Assembly (NCBI GenBank): GCA_002269645.1
Contig: NIVC01000052.1
Coordinates: 558,001-622,000, forward strand
Source of the DNA: Macrostomum lignano
Lineage: Eukaryota
Length of the DNA: 64,000 bases
Direction: 5' to 3'
Under the pieces are notes generated by a model. It did not search any database. It saw nothing but the letters and a program-made list of their open reading frames with translations, and was not told the origin of the DNA. Shown here one piece after another: positions 1 to 10,058 of the stretch (positions are counted from its first letter, which is position 1; each line of letters starts with the position of its first letter). The translations under genes and the position numbers were made by a program.

Positions 1-148
1 TTTCGGCGCCAGAGCATTGGTTTTCCGCGACAGATTTGCAGCTGACAGGAAGTAGTCAGTCAGTCACGGCAGTTCAAGACAGGCATGCGTCCAAACCTGA
101 GGCAGTCGACAACGACAATATGCATGTATCCGTGCAATGATGCGGGGT

Positions 149-1258
149 CTAGGACTTTTGGCTGCCAGTGACTTTTGTCTGCCAGTGACTTTTGTCTGCC
201 AGTGACTTTCGACCGTCAGTGACTTTTGTCTGCCAGTGACTGTTGACCGCCAGTGACTTTTGACCGTCAGTGACTTTTGCCTGCCAGTGACTTTTGACCG
301 CCAGTGACTTTTGACCGTCAGTGACTTTCGACCGCCAGTGACTATCGACCGTCAGTGACTTTCGACTGTCAGTGACTTTTGTCTTCCAGTGACTGTTGAC
401 CGTCACCGCCAGTGACTTTTGACCGCCAGTGACTATCGACCGTCAGTGACTTTCGACCGCCAGTGACTATCGACCGTCAGGAGGGGGGGCCGTAGCCCAG
501 CGGTAGCGCAGCTGCTCTGGTGTCCCGCGACCCAGGCTCGATTCCAAGTGCAGCCACATTAATTTGGGGCTGAATTGGAATTTCGGCTTGGCTCGCTTGT
601 GCAATTAACGGCCTTGAGAGCCAACCCCCCAAGGCGCAGTGAAGTGTACATGCCTAACGATAATATAAAGTTAGGGCCGCTGTACACTCCTGTGTGAGTG
701 TGTGCCTGCGTACGTATCCGCGCGCTTGTGTGCCTGCTCAGGGGAGTCGGCGGAATGGGCAGTAATGCCTCTCGCCGGTTGTGTGCCTATGTCGCTTAAA
801 GTGCGCCAGGGTGCACACAACCCCCCTGCCTCTAATAAAAAAAATCGACCGTCAGTGACTTTCGACTGTCAGTGACTTTTGTCTTCCAGTGACTTTTGTC
901 TGCCAGTGACTTTTGTCTGCCAGTGACTTTCGACCGCCAGTGACTGTTGACCGCCAGTGACTTTCGACCGCCAGTGACTTTTGACCGCCAGTGACTTTTG
1001 ACCGCCAGTGACTTTTGTCTGCCAGTGACTTTCGACCGCCAGTGACTTTTGTCTGCCAGTGACTTTCGACCGTCAGTGACTTTTGTCTGCCAGTGACTGT
1101 TGACCGCCAGTGACTTTTGACCGTCAGTGACTTTCGACCGTCAGTGGCTTTTGGCTGCCAGTGACTTTTGTCTGCCAGTGACTGTTGACCGCCAGTGACT
1201 GTTGACCGCCAGGGACTTTTGCCTGCCAGTGACTTTCGACCGCCAGTGACTTTTGACC
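149..1258. repeat. Minisatellite, 16-17 bp unit (CAGTGACTTT(T/C)GACCGC and CAGTGACTTTTGTCTGC variants), interrupted by a SINE
   Basis: Tandem CAGTGACT-anchored units at 149-480 and 845-1258. The ORFs at 149..406 and 1141..1365 are translations of the repeat. Confidence 0.95.
481..843 (+). mobile_element. tRNA-derived SINE, family A, copy 1
   Basis: Head GGGGGGCCGTAGCCCAGCGGTAGCGC...GGCTCGATTCC has A/B-box-like motifs. Ends in AATAAAAAAAA. About 12-bp target-site duplication ATCGACCGTCAG at 469-480 and 844-855. A near-identical copy lies at 10059-10430. Confidence 0.88.
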
Positions 1259-1624
1259 AGTAGTATTATACCATACAAAATTGCCAGCAACAAACTAAAA
1301 TTAATGTTATTAAGGATAAATTCTACATTTTTCACTTCATTATCGCTCGTCTTCGCTCCACTCAACTCGCTCCGCTCATCCTCGCTTCATTTCGGTCAAA
1401 ATGTATAATTTATCCTTAATAACATTAATACTACCCTTTGTTTCTGAAATTTCGCTCTCGTCGTTCGCTTGTGGTTTGCTGGCAATTTTGTATGGTACAC
1501 CAACACATCCAACACTTCCAGCAGCAACCAACAGATACAAAACTTACTATTACTTTTAACCCTGGCCGCCCCGAAGGGGCTTGGGGCACAGAAAGCTTTT
1601 TTCTGTTACTAAAAATAGAGAAAA

Positions 1625-2036
1625 ATGACACACGTTAAACAATTATATAATTTGAATAAAATGCAAATAGGAGACCCAGTAGAATACAGAGGAGAGGGTC
1701 TTTTTGAAATAATAGGCACCCGCAGCAAATACAATAAAAGATAATATGCCACTAATAGCACAAGCAGGCTCAGCAGCAGGCTCTGTAACCAACGCAGTCA
1801 ATGGTGGAATAGAAGCAGCTAGGGCAGCAGAAGAGCTCAAGAAATTGAGAGATTTTAATGACACCATCTTGCAAATAAAAGCAATAAAAGACTTAAAGCT
1901 AGCACAAGAATCTGCTCAAGCCGCACAAGCTACTGAAACACCTACTAAAAGTAATCCATTGAGTAATAAAGACATCAAAGGTTTTAATAAAATGTTACGT
2001 ATGGTAAAAGGTGGAAAAGGATTAAAGAAGTTTTAG
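1625..2036 (+). pseudogene. Polinton-like small structural protein remnant with one frameshift (MTHVKQ...RGEGLFEIIG/AANTIKDNMPLIAQAGSAAGSVTNAVNGGIEAARAAEELKK...GGKGLKKF)
   Basis: The reading from ATG 1625 joins ORF 1746..2036 after one frameshift near 1720. It contains GEGLF and a terminal GKGL motif plus an Ala/Gly amphipathic segment. Confidence 0.55.
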
Positions 2037-2045
2037 TAATAAAAA

Positions 2046-3054
2046 ATGGACTCAGTTTTATCTTCAAACCATTGGAGAGAACATGATGAAAAGCGAATAT
2101 ATTTCCTAGCTGAAATAGTAGGCAGTTTAAATTTGGAAGATAATAATTCCAGCCACACCATCCTAAAAAGATTAGATAGATTGGGAAAGAAATTAGATTA
2201 TAATATTGAGACATTTAAACTTGCTGCAAAATATGCACAAGAAGGAAGATCAATTTCATTTAAACATAATAATAAAAATTATAGCTAGATTAACAGAATC
2301 AGATGTGAAATTTCTAATAGAGACTCACACCAAAAAAAGATGGTGGATTATTGTCCATTCTACCAATTCTTTTAGGACTTGGAGCGGCAGGAGCAACCGC
2401 ATTAGCAAGCAAAAGAATTCATGATAGTTAACAGTTACGAAAACAGCTTTAGCAGAATTAAAAGCAAAACAACAAGGGGGTATATTACCACTTGCAACAT
2501 TGCTACCAATAATTTTTGGAGGAATCGCGGCAGCTGGCGGAGTAGCGGGAGGAGCAGCAGGAATTGCTAAATCAGTAAATGACAAAAAAGCTGCAGATGA
2601 AAAAGCCAAACGAGATGCGGAATTCCAAAGACAGCAAATAACACAGTATGCACAATTTAAACAAAAACTTATAGATACCATAACATAGCTACACAGCAAC
2701 AGCAGCACAAAAAAGGAAATGCAGAAGCTAGATGAGCAGCTGGAAAAGGTTTAGGCCTACTGCTACAAGGAACAACTCACGGCGAAGGAATTGTAGCAGA
2801 CAAATTACATGAGTTCGGTCAAACTAGAAAAAACTGGTGAAAAGGCTAAAGGGTTTTTTGATAATATTGGGGCTAACTTTAGGCCTGGTGTTGAAAAGAT
2901 TTTTAATAAATTAGGAAAAGATTTTAACATTATTGAAAAACACGATGGAAGTGGATTATATCTCGAAATGAGACCAAAAGCAGGATCTGGCTTCTTTCTA
3001 AAAGGAACTGTTTCAGGAAATGGATTACTGTTACCAAAAGCGGAAATTGAATGA
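2046..3054 (+). pseudogene. Polinton/adintovirus core (pX-like) protein remnant with several frameshifts and stops
   Basis: Recoverable segments are DGGLLSILPILLGLGAAGATALASK, KQQGGILPLATLLPIIFGGIAAAGGVAGGAAGIAKSVNDKKAA, AAGKGLGLLL..HGEGI and FNIIEKHDGSGLYLEMRPKAGSGFFLKGTVSGNGLLL. The GG-[IF]-LP...AGGAAGIAK and GSGL[YF]L patterns match conserved Polinton ORFs as remembered; no search was run. Confidence 0.65.
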
Positions 3055-3088
3055 AAAATTAAAAAACAATAATTCAAACATTGTATAA

Positions 3089-3349
3089 ATTATATTCGAT
3101 AAAATAGAAGACATTCTAGCCCAAATCGATCCTAATCTAAGAGCTCAATTAGAAGCTCAAATAGAAGCTAGAATACAAGCAGAAAGAGAAAGAATAGAAG
3201 CTCAAATTAGAGCTGAAAATGATATACGTATACAAAGACAATTAGATGATATGGATCAACAACAAACAAAACAAAATGGGGTTGAAGTCATAAATATAGA
3301 TAATGAAATAAATACAGACTATAAAGAATGTGTCGCGTCGTTTAACTAA
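3089..3349 (+). pseudogene. Start-less 86-codon coiled-coil reading frame (IIFDKIEDILAQIDPNLRAQLEAQIEARIQAERERIEAQIRAEND...) inside the Polinton-like element
   Basis: Manual translation shows an open frame between two TAA codons with heptad-like E/Q/R/I/L periodicity. It is absent from the ORF track because it has no start codon. Confidence 0.4.
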
Positions 3350-4361
3350 GAGTTCAACTGAGTAGCACGATGATTTGGTAAAATAAACGATGTCTCAGTT
3401 TCGATGTATTATTCATCAACGATGCTAACACAAACGATGCTCAATATATAATTATTAACGCATTGGGGTGGTGGGGCACACGGGGCACGAAACCACTTAG
3501 TCACTTAGTCATAAGTACATCGGCAGAATCCAGCGCTGCCTCAGAATATTTTAGACAAATGAAACCAAGATTAATCAATATATTATTATCTCGTCTCGGT
3601 GGGAACTGCCGAAATTTATGCATTTTAACTTTGATTTATACACAGAAGAAAACAGTTAATAAATAAATTACATACATTTGGAATAGTTGATAATGGAAAT
3701 TACGAAACCGTTACAATTCCATTCAATATATGCTGTTTTATTATCTCTGCATTTTGAGCAACAGTTTCAAAAGTATCACTTACTGAAAATTTGTAAACTC
3801 GGCTCATTTTTAGTAACATAAAAAAGCTTTCTGTGCCCCAAGCCCCTACGGGGCGGCTAGGGGTCGTGTGTAATAGTAAGTTTTGTATCTGTTGGTTGCT
3901 GTCGGAAGTGTTAGATGTGTTAGTTGTGTTGGATGCTGTTAGTTAGGTAGTAGTATGTAAAAGTACGAATACAGATCAGAGAGTGTAATTAAAGAACACA
4001 TTTAGACGCCTAGTGGGGGGGGGGGGTCTGGAGGTTTTAGTTCTAATTGATTTTAGTAATTGGATTGAATAGATTGAATTATGGGGATTGATGTTTTTTA
4101 ATAGTGTTTTTTGTTCCCCTCCAGACCCCCCACTAGACGTCCAATTGTGTTGTTTAATTAGGGGTGCTGGGTCTGTACTCGTACTTTTACAAACAACTGA
4201 GTGGATTTGCACCCGAGGATGGCAGCTTGAATCCGGCTCTCTTCACAGATTTAATATACTCCCAGATGGGCCATTCCCAAACGAAGCGGGAAAACCGCGT
4301 TAAGGCCATAGACGGTAGCTTCTGCTGCCTTCTTCTGCTGATACAAACCCCCCTTCATTAA

Positions 4362-4642
4362 GGGGGTTGTAGCCCAAGGGTTGGAGCGTCGGACTCGCGA
4401 CTAAAAGGTCCCAACTCGGAACAATTTGTGTCCTTGAGCAAGGTACTTAACTCTGAGTTGCTTCGTTTCACCCAGCTATAAAATGGGTGCCAGCATTAGC
4501 TGGGGTAATTGAGGCTGTTTGTGACGACCCCCAGTCCTTGGACTGAACAGCCGTACGCAGCCTTCAGATGCGCCGCGCAATAGCTGCGGCTGAGCTGTCG
4601 GTCGCACATCTGGCCCAATTGGGGCAGGTGTAAACAATGTAT
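4362..4642 (+). mobile_element. tRNA-derived SINE, family B, copy 1 (degenerate head; 3' tail hit by a Tc1-like transposon)
   Basis: GGGGGTTGTAG head, central GTGTCCTTGAGCAAG.ACTTAACTCT domain and 3' CCAGTCCTTGGACTGAACAGCCGTACGCAGCC are all shared with 32381-32706. Confidence 0.8.
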
Positions 4643-4644
4643 TA

Positions 4645-5862
4645 CACCATTTTACCTCCTATTTTGAACAAAGTGTTGTTCAAAAGAAACAAGCAGAACT
4701 TCAATTCAAACACTTTAAGAAATAACAGCCCTTGCGGAAATTCAAATCAAACAAAGTCCTTTTCTATTGAAACAGAAGAACTTCAATTCAGACTGTCTGT
4801 GGCCAAAACTGTCCCCGAGTGACGCGCATGCGCAGATTTGAAATTCAAAAGAAACAAAGTCACATTCTATTTCGACAGAGATTTTTGCACATAGGTACAA
4901 GTTCATTTTAGTACATTAATCTAATTTTTTGTTTTTCCTGTACTGCATACTGTACAATCGTTGCGCAACAAGAAACGATATGAATGCTGAAGATCAGATT
5001 GAAGAAGACGATGAATTGCTGGAAGATGGAATCGATGAATTTGAAGCAGAATTCGATGAAGATATCATGGAACAGCAGCCTCGGCAGTGCACTAATGTTT
5101 AAGCAACAGTGATGAGACCGTATCATCAGGGCTGCTGATCGTGGGGATGACTTGTGGAACTGGCGCGCCAGCTTGGAGTCAAGAGGTCAACAGCGAATAC
5201 GATTGTGAGGTCAGGGAGAGCAGAAAAGCAGCCTACGAGATTCCGGACACCATTCAGGTTAAGCGGCTTCCACCATACAGTCCATTTTTGAGTCCTGTGG
5301 AGAACTCAATCTCCTGTTGGAAGAACACTCTGAAGAGAAAACTGGCAGCAGACCAGCAAAATTTCATCCCTCCGATAGCTGAGCAGCACGGGAATCAAGT
5401 CAATGGCGGCCTATCGGCGAGACATTCTGTACATGGTGGACAGAACCGTTTACTGCATCTCTGTGGACAAATGCATTGAGTGGTTCAACCATGTGTTTAC
5501 ATACGTCCCTCGCTGCGTTGGTGGACAGGTAATTGATGGTTAGGTGTCTCAAGTTGGCCAACTGACACTGTCTTGTTCCTGTTTTTCATTTTACTCTCTT
5601 GTTCGTCGATATGCTGCGTTTTATCCCTTTGTCGAAATAGAATGTGACTTTGTTTCTTTTGAATTTCAAATCTGCGCATGCGCGTCACTCGGGGACAATT
5701 TTGGCCACAGACAGTCTGAATTGAAGTTCTTCTGTTTCAATAGAAAAGGACTTTGTTTGATTTGAATTTCCGGAAGGGCTGTTATTTCTTAAAGTGTTCG
5801 AATTGAAGTTCTGCTTGTTTCTTTTGAACAAGACTTTGTTCAAAATAGGAGGTAAAATGGTG
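4645..5862 (+). mobile_element. Internally deleted Tc1/mariner-IS630 superfamily DNA transposon with about 233-bp TIRs
   Basis: TIRs at 4645-4877 and 5630-5862 (CACCATTTTACC...GGTAAAATGGTG), with TA duplication at 4643-44 and 5863-64. Transposase remnants include an HTH (ELARQLGVKRSTANTIVR, about 5157-5210) and LPPYSPFLSPVENSISCWK (last DDE motif, about 5265-5325). Confidence 0.9.
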
Positions 5863-5873
5863 TACTATTTTGG

Positions 5874-6282
5874 TTAGAAAGGCCGCGACTGCATTTAATA
5901 GTCTCGAGGCAAGCAAAGCGAGCCGAGGACCATTGAGTGTGGCCAGGGACATTTTACCATATGTAAGACTTCTCTTAGGTCTCCGGCTATGCTTCTCTCT
6001 TTCTTGGTCGTCTAGCAGTTTTGTTCTATTGCTTCCACTGTCCTGGAAGCCTAAGAGAGCTTACAAAGGAGATCGCTACTTGGCTGCTTATGACTCGTGC
6101 CTGTAGCACCAATAACAAATATGAGTCTTTCGATTAATTGGCGAAGTGCACAAGACTTCTAGTTCTGAAGCTCAAATCTTTCTTGTGTCCCCATTTCGGG
6201 GCCGAGGCCGTGTCTATTTTATAGAATTTTAGGTACACGTCATCCCCCGCCGCTGATTAGCGACGGCGGGGTGCCAAAAACA
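5874..6282 (+). mobile_element. Possible non-autonomous Helentron-type (HINE) element
   Basis: Imperfect subterminal inverted pair TAGAAAGGCCGCG (about 5874) and CGAGGCCGTGTCTA (about 6203). A GC-rich stem-loop CCCCGCCG...CGGCGGGG (about 6245-6271) is followed by an A-run. No second copy is present to confirm. Confidence 0.3.
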
Positions 6283-6959
6283 TACGCAGCAACATTAGAT
6301 TAGTGCGTTGCTACGGGGCAAGAGAGATAATTTGATATCTGTTCGTTGGTCGCATCAGGCGATGGTTAAAGGTCAGTTCGGGGTTCATTATTCGAGCCGA
6401 TTCGCACGTCAGACCACTCGTGCGTCTCTCGGTGAGTCGTGCCTTTGCTCCCTGGGCCGATCCACGTACGTCACCGCTGACCCTGGCCTGTTGACCATTG
6501 CTCTTTCTCGCCCGCCAGTCGGGGTATCATATCGATTCTCCTGGCACCGCGCCGACTGGCTCTGCCTCGGCCAACTGGATGTCATCTGGTTTGGTCTGAA
6601 CTCTTGGGGGGAAAGCAAAGGTTAAGTTATTATCTATGATTTCTTCCGCTTCTTGACGTTCTTTAATTTCTCTCACTTAGGAGTCCTATCTTTAAATTGA
6701 ACTTTCGCCCCCCTGCTTTTAGCTTCGATCTTATTTTGCCCTTTAGTGAACTTTTTTTTGTCCCGATTTTCTAATTTCTAATCCCTATACCATAGACTAT
6801 ATGATGAATTAAACGGCTTTTATCCTATATGAAATGAAATTCGATTAAAATTCTACAATGTTAAATATATGGTAAATCTATGGTAAAAAGTAGTTAACTT
6901 TTGAGGAGAATTAAATCGTTTAATTCTCCAGATATCATAGCCACTCTGAAGCTGCCGAA

Positions 6960-7200
6960 TGAGAGTGACCGATTAAGAGTGACCAATTGAGAGTGACCGC
7001 TTTAGAGTGACTGATTAAGAGTGACCGATCGAGAGTGACTGATTGAGAGTGACCGATTGAGAGTGAGAGTGACGAATAGAGAGTGACCGATTGTGAGTGA
7101 CCGGCTGAGAGTGATCGATTGAGAGTGACCGATTCAGAATGATCGATTGAGAGTGACCGCTTTAGAGTGACTGATTAAGAGTGACCGATCGAGAGTGATA
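6960..7200. repeat. Degenerate minisatellite, about 14-bp unit GAGAGTGACCGATT
   Basis: Tandem GAGTGAC units, including a duplicated roughly 165-bp block. Confidence 0.85.
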
Positions 7201-7993
7201 GGATAGGAGTGGCTGAGAATCAAAGAATGAGATGACGAAGTAAGAGTGACAAAATAAGAGTGACAGAATCGGAGTGACCAACAGGAGAATGGCTATTGTG
7301 CATTCACAATTAAACGAGAACTGCATGGCACACTGTGTGAATTGAGACAACAGTCACTGTCAGGCAGTTCATAGCGTAGAATTCTTTCATAGCACTCAGC
7401 TTTGCTTTTGTTCAAAGTTCGCCCAGCCTCCCCCCCCCGCCCGAGGTTAAGCCTGCAACCTGCGGTCTAGCGAATTCCAGCCAGCACCGGCTCACACCCT
7501 TGTGAATGGCGCGTTGAGCAAAGTAGCGGGTTGGACAGCCAGGCAGCTTGATCTCACTGCCTACTTTCTTTAAGCTCTGTGTGTCTCTGTTTCACCCCCC
7601 CCCCTACTCCTGCGTCTCCTGCGTCTCCCAGCCAGATCCCCCAACATGTGCACCCCATCGGTACCGTTCCTCCCGCGCCAGCATTCTCCTCAGCTTCTCC
7701 TCCTCATCTCTCCCCTCTCAATCCTGCACCAAGCATCTACTCTATCGTGAATGGGAGCAGTCTTTCTGGACGCAGAGCTGCGTACGGCCCCGGCTAGGCC
7801 AATCCTGCCCAAGACCAATCCAGCTGCTATTGTTCTCGAGGCAAGTACAGCTAAAACCTCTTCTCCTCATCTCTCTCTTTCTTTTTGCACGGTTATATGA
7901 GTAGCTGGTTTCCAGTTTTTTAGTAACTATGGGCGGCTGTCTGTATTAGCTTTGAGAGACCAAGCTACTACTGCGAGGTACAAAGAAGGCAAA

Positions 7994-8694
7994 ATGTCGG
8001 ACCGCTATGGAGACTGTGCAGCGCCTGCTTTTGATAAGTCCGGAAAACGTGGGGTAAGTGCAGGCTCTGAAGCGCGCTGTTTAGAAGCTTAACTGGCTGA
8101 GTTGAATGAGGTGGGTGATTGGAGCGAGGTGGGTGATTGGACCGAAGTGGGCGATTGGAGTGAGGCAGTGATTGGAGTGAGGTGGGTGACGGGAGTGAGG
8201 TGGGTGACGGGATTGAGGTGGGTGACGGGAGTGGGGAGTGACGGGAGTGAGGTGGGTGACGGGAGTGAGGTGGGTGACGGGAGTGAGGTGGGTGACGGGA
8301 GTGAGGTGGGTGACGGGAGTGAGGTTGGTGACGGGAGTGAGGTGGGTGATGGAAGTGAGGTGGCAGACTGTGACTATTACTCAACTTCCCACAACACAAA
8401 CCCGTTGCTCAGACCGGACTGTGGCTCGCGGCCAAGGCCAGGGTGCGCCAGATTTACTACCAGTACCTGCTGATAACGGCGGCCTCCGCTCTGGAGCCAA
8501 TAGAGGTTGCCGTGTTCAACTCGCTAATGCTGCTGCTTGCCGGCCTCTGCTGCTTCTACGGTTGCACCATGGCTGCGCACTGCTTTGCCTGGAGTGCATC
8601 CTTCCTGCCCGACAAGTGGCAGCAGTTGCTGCCCGATTGGCTTCAGTCAGGCGTCAGCACCCACGCGGCAAGGGTGGGCAGTGGTGAACTTTAG
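7994..8694 (+). CDS. SPTSSA: Serine palmitoyltransferase small subunit (ssSPT/SPTSS family), 2 exons (7994-8053, 8413-8694), 113 aa
   Basis: IYYQYLLITAASALEPIEVAVFNS aligns with the human SPTSSA motif FYYQYLLVTALYMLEPWERTVFNS. Exon 1 ends GGG|GTAAGT and exon 2 starts CAG|ACC, phase 0, in frame. The A versus B paralog assignment is not resolvable. Confidence 0.85.
8105..8362. repeat. 18-bp minisatellite GTGAGGTGGGTGACGGGA filling the SPTSS intron
   Basis: Tandem units. The same unit family recurs at about 41965-42160. Confidence 0.9.
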
Positions 8695-9489
8695 TGCTTA
8701 AGGCATGCAGTGTTCATGTACATATTGGCTCGCGTTGTGAGCTCTTTAAATGGGGCTCATTGAGATGAGATCGTTGGGATTTTTTTTCATTTTTCCAATT
8801 TTTAATTTGGCACCTTACTTTGCACAAGGCCTGGCGGAGGGGGTGTGGGTAATGTGAAGAACTGAGCCCATGTACATACTAGCTATAAATGGAGTCACCG
8901 ACCGGGTGGAGGGGTGGGCGATGTGAAGAACTGAGTCAATGTACATTGTAGCTAAAAATAGAGCCGCCGTAGGAGTAGTTGGGTGGATGATGTGGATGTA
9001 CATCAATATGATTGAATCGGTCATAATGAATGGTCAGTCGCAGAAAAATTTGCTGTGCCAATTTTTTCTTCATTTAAAAGCTCAAAATAAAAAAAATTGG
9101 TCCTTGGTCGACAGGCTTTTGGGACTAAAAAGTAATGTTTTTTTTTCTTTTGTTTACGAGTATAGTTGTTTATAAAAGCTCTAAATATTCCTTTTAGCAA
9201 ATTTTCCTCTTTTAAGTATCAAGAAATAGACCCCCCTCGTTGCATTGTGATCTCCAGTGGTAGAAGCAAATTCCGAATTGTAGAAGCCTCCAGTAAGACA
9301 GCTGACATCCATTTACTTGATTATTTACTTAGATTTTCTACTGTATGCTTTTTTTCTGCTGCGCACAAAATAAAATTTGCAGACTTTGAGCTGCACTCGA
9401 TTTCAATACATACTATTGTAGTTAGATACTGTTGTTTTGAAGACTAAACGAAGAAACGATGTTCAATTTTTTACAAACTCAGACAGTGA

Positions 9490-10016
9490 AAGAAGGAGAG
9501 AGTTGCAGTGAGAGAAGGAGAGAGTTGCAGTGAGAGAAGGAGAGAGTTGCAGTGAGAGAAGGAGAGAGTTGCAGTGAGAGGAGGAGAGAGTTGCAGTGAG
9601 AGGAGGAGAGAGTTGCAGTGAGAGGAGGAGAGAGTTGCAGTGAGAGGAGGAGAGAGTTGCAGTGAGATGATGAGAGTGTTGCAGTGAGAGGAGGAGAGAG
9701 TTGCAGTGAGAGAAGGAGAGAGTTGCAGTGAGAGAAGGAGAGAGTTGCAGTGAGAGAAGGAGAGAGTTGCAGTGAGAGAAGGAGAGAGTTGTAGTGAGAG
9801 AAGGAGAGAGTTGCAGTGAGAGAAGGAGAGAGTTGCAGTGAGAGAAGGAGAGAGTTGTAGTGAGATGATGAGAGTGTTGCAGTGAGAGGAGGAGAGAGTT
9901 GCAGTGAGAGAAGGAGAGAGTTGTAGTGAGATGATGAGAGTGTTGCAGTGAGAGGAGAGAGTTGCAGTGAGATGGGGAGAGAGTTGGTTGCAGTGGGATG
10001 GGAGAGTTGCAGTGAG
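9490..10016. repeat. About 22-bp purine-rich minisatellite GCAGTGAGAGAAGGAGAGAGTT
   Basis: Tandem units. ORF 9479..10123 is a repeat translation. Confidence 0.93.
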
Positions 10017-10058
10017 ACGGACTTAGTCAAAGAGATTAACAAATGAATTACCGAGCAA

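Larger units (their letters stand above)
1259..4198. mobile_element. Defective Polinton/Maverick (adintovirus)-like mini element with fold-back termini and subterminal inverted repeats
   Basis: Starts AGTAGT (Polinton-type terminus) and ends ACAACT (degenerate ACTACT). Long hairpins at 1259-1497 and 3949-4198. About 120-bp inverted repeat at 1498-1617 versus about 3807-3925. The AT-rich interior encodes Gly/Ala-rich basic proteins with repeated G-x-G-L/F/I motifs typical of Polinton small structural ORFs. No PolB, integrase, ATPase or capsid gene seen, and no TSD found. Confidence 0.7.

Noticed and set aside
1253-4204. 6-bp TSD around the Polinton-like element
   Set aside because: The flanks TTGACC and GAGTGG do not match, and the satellite does not resume on the right.
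7400-7800. Pro/Ser-rich ORFs (7548..7904, 7579..7797) as exons of another gene
   Set aside because: Low complexity, no convincing splice pair and no family motif.
8815-9024. Minus-strand ORF with an internal repeat (MYIDSVLHIAHP / MYMGSVLHITHT)
   Set aside because: Explained by a short local duplication downstream of SPTSS; no coding evidence.
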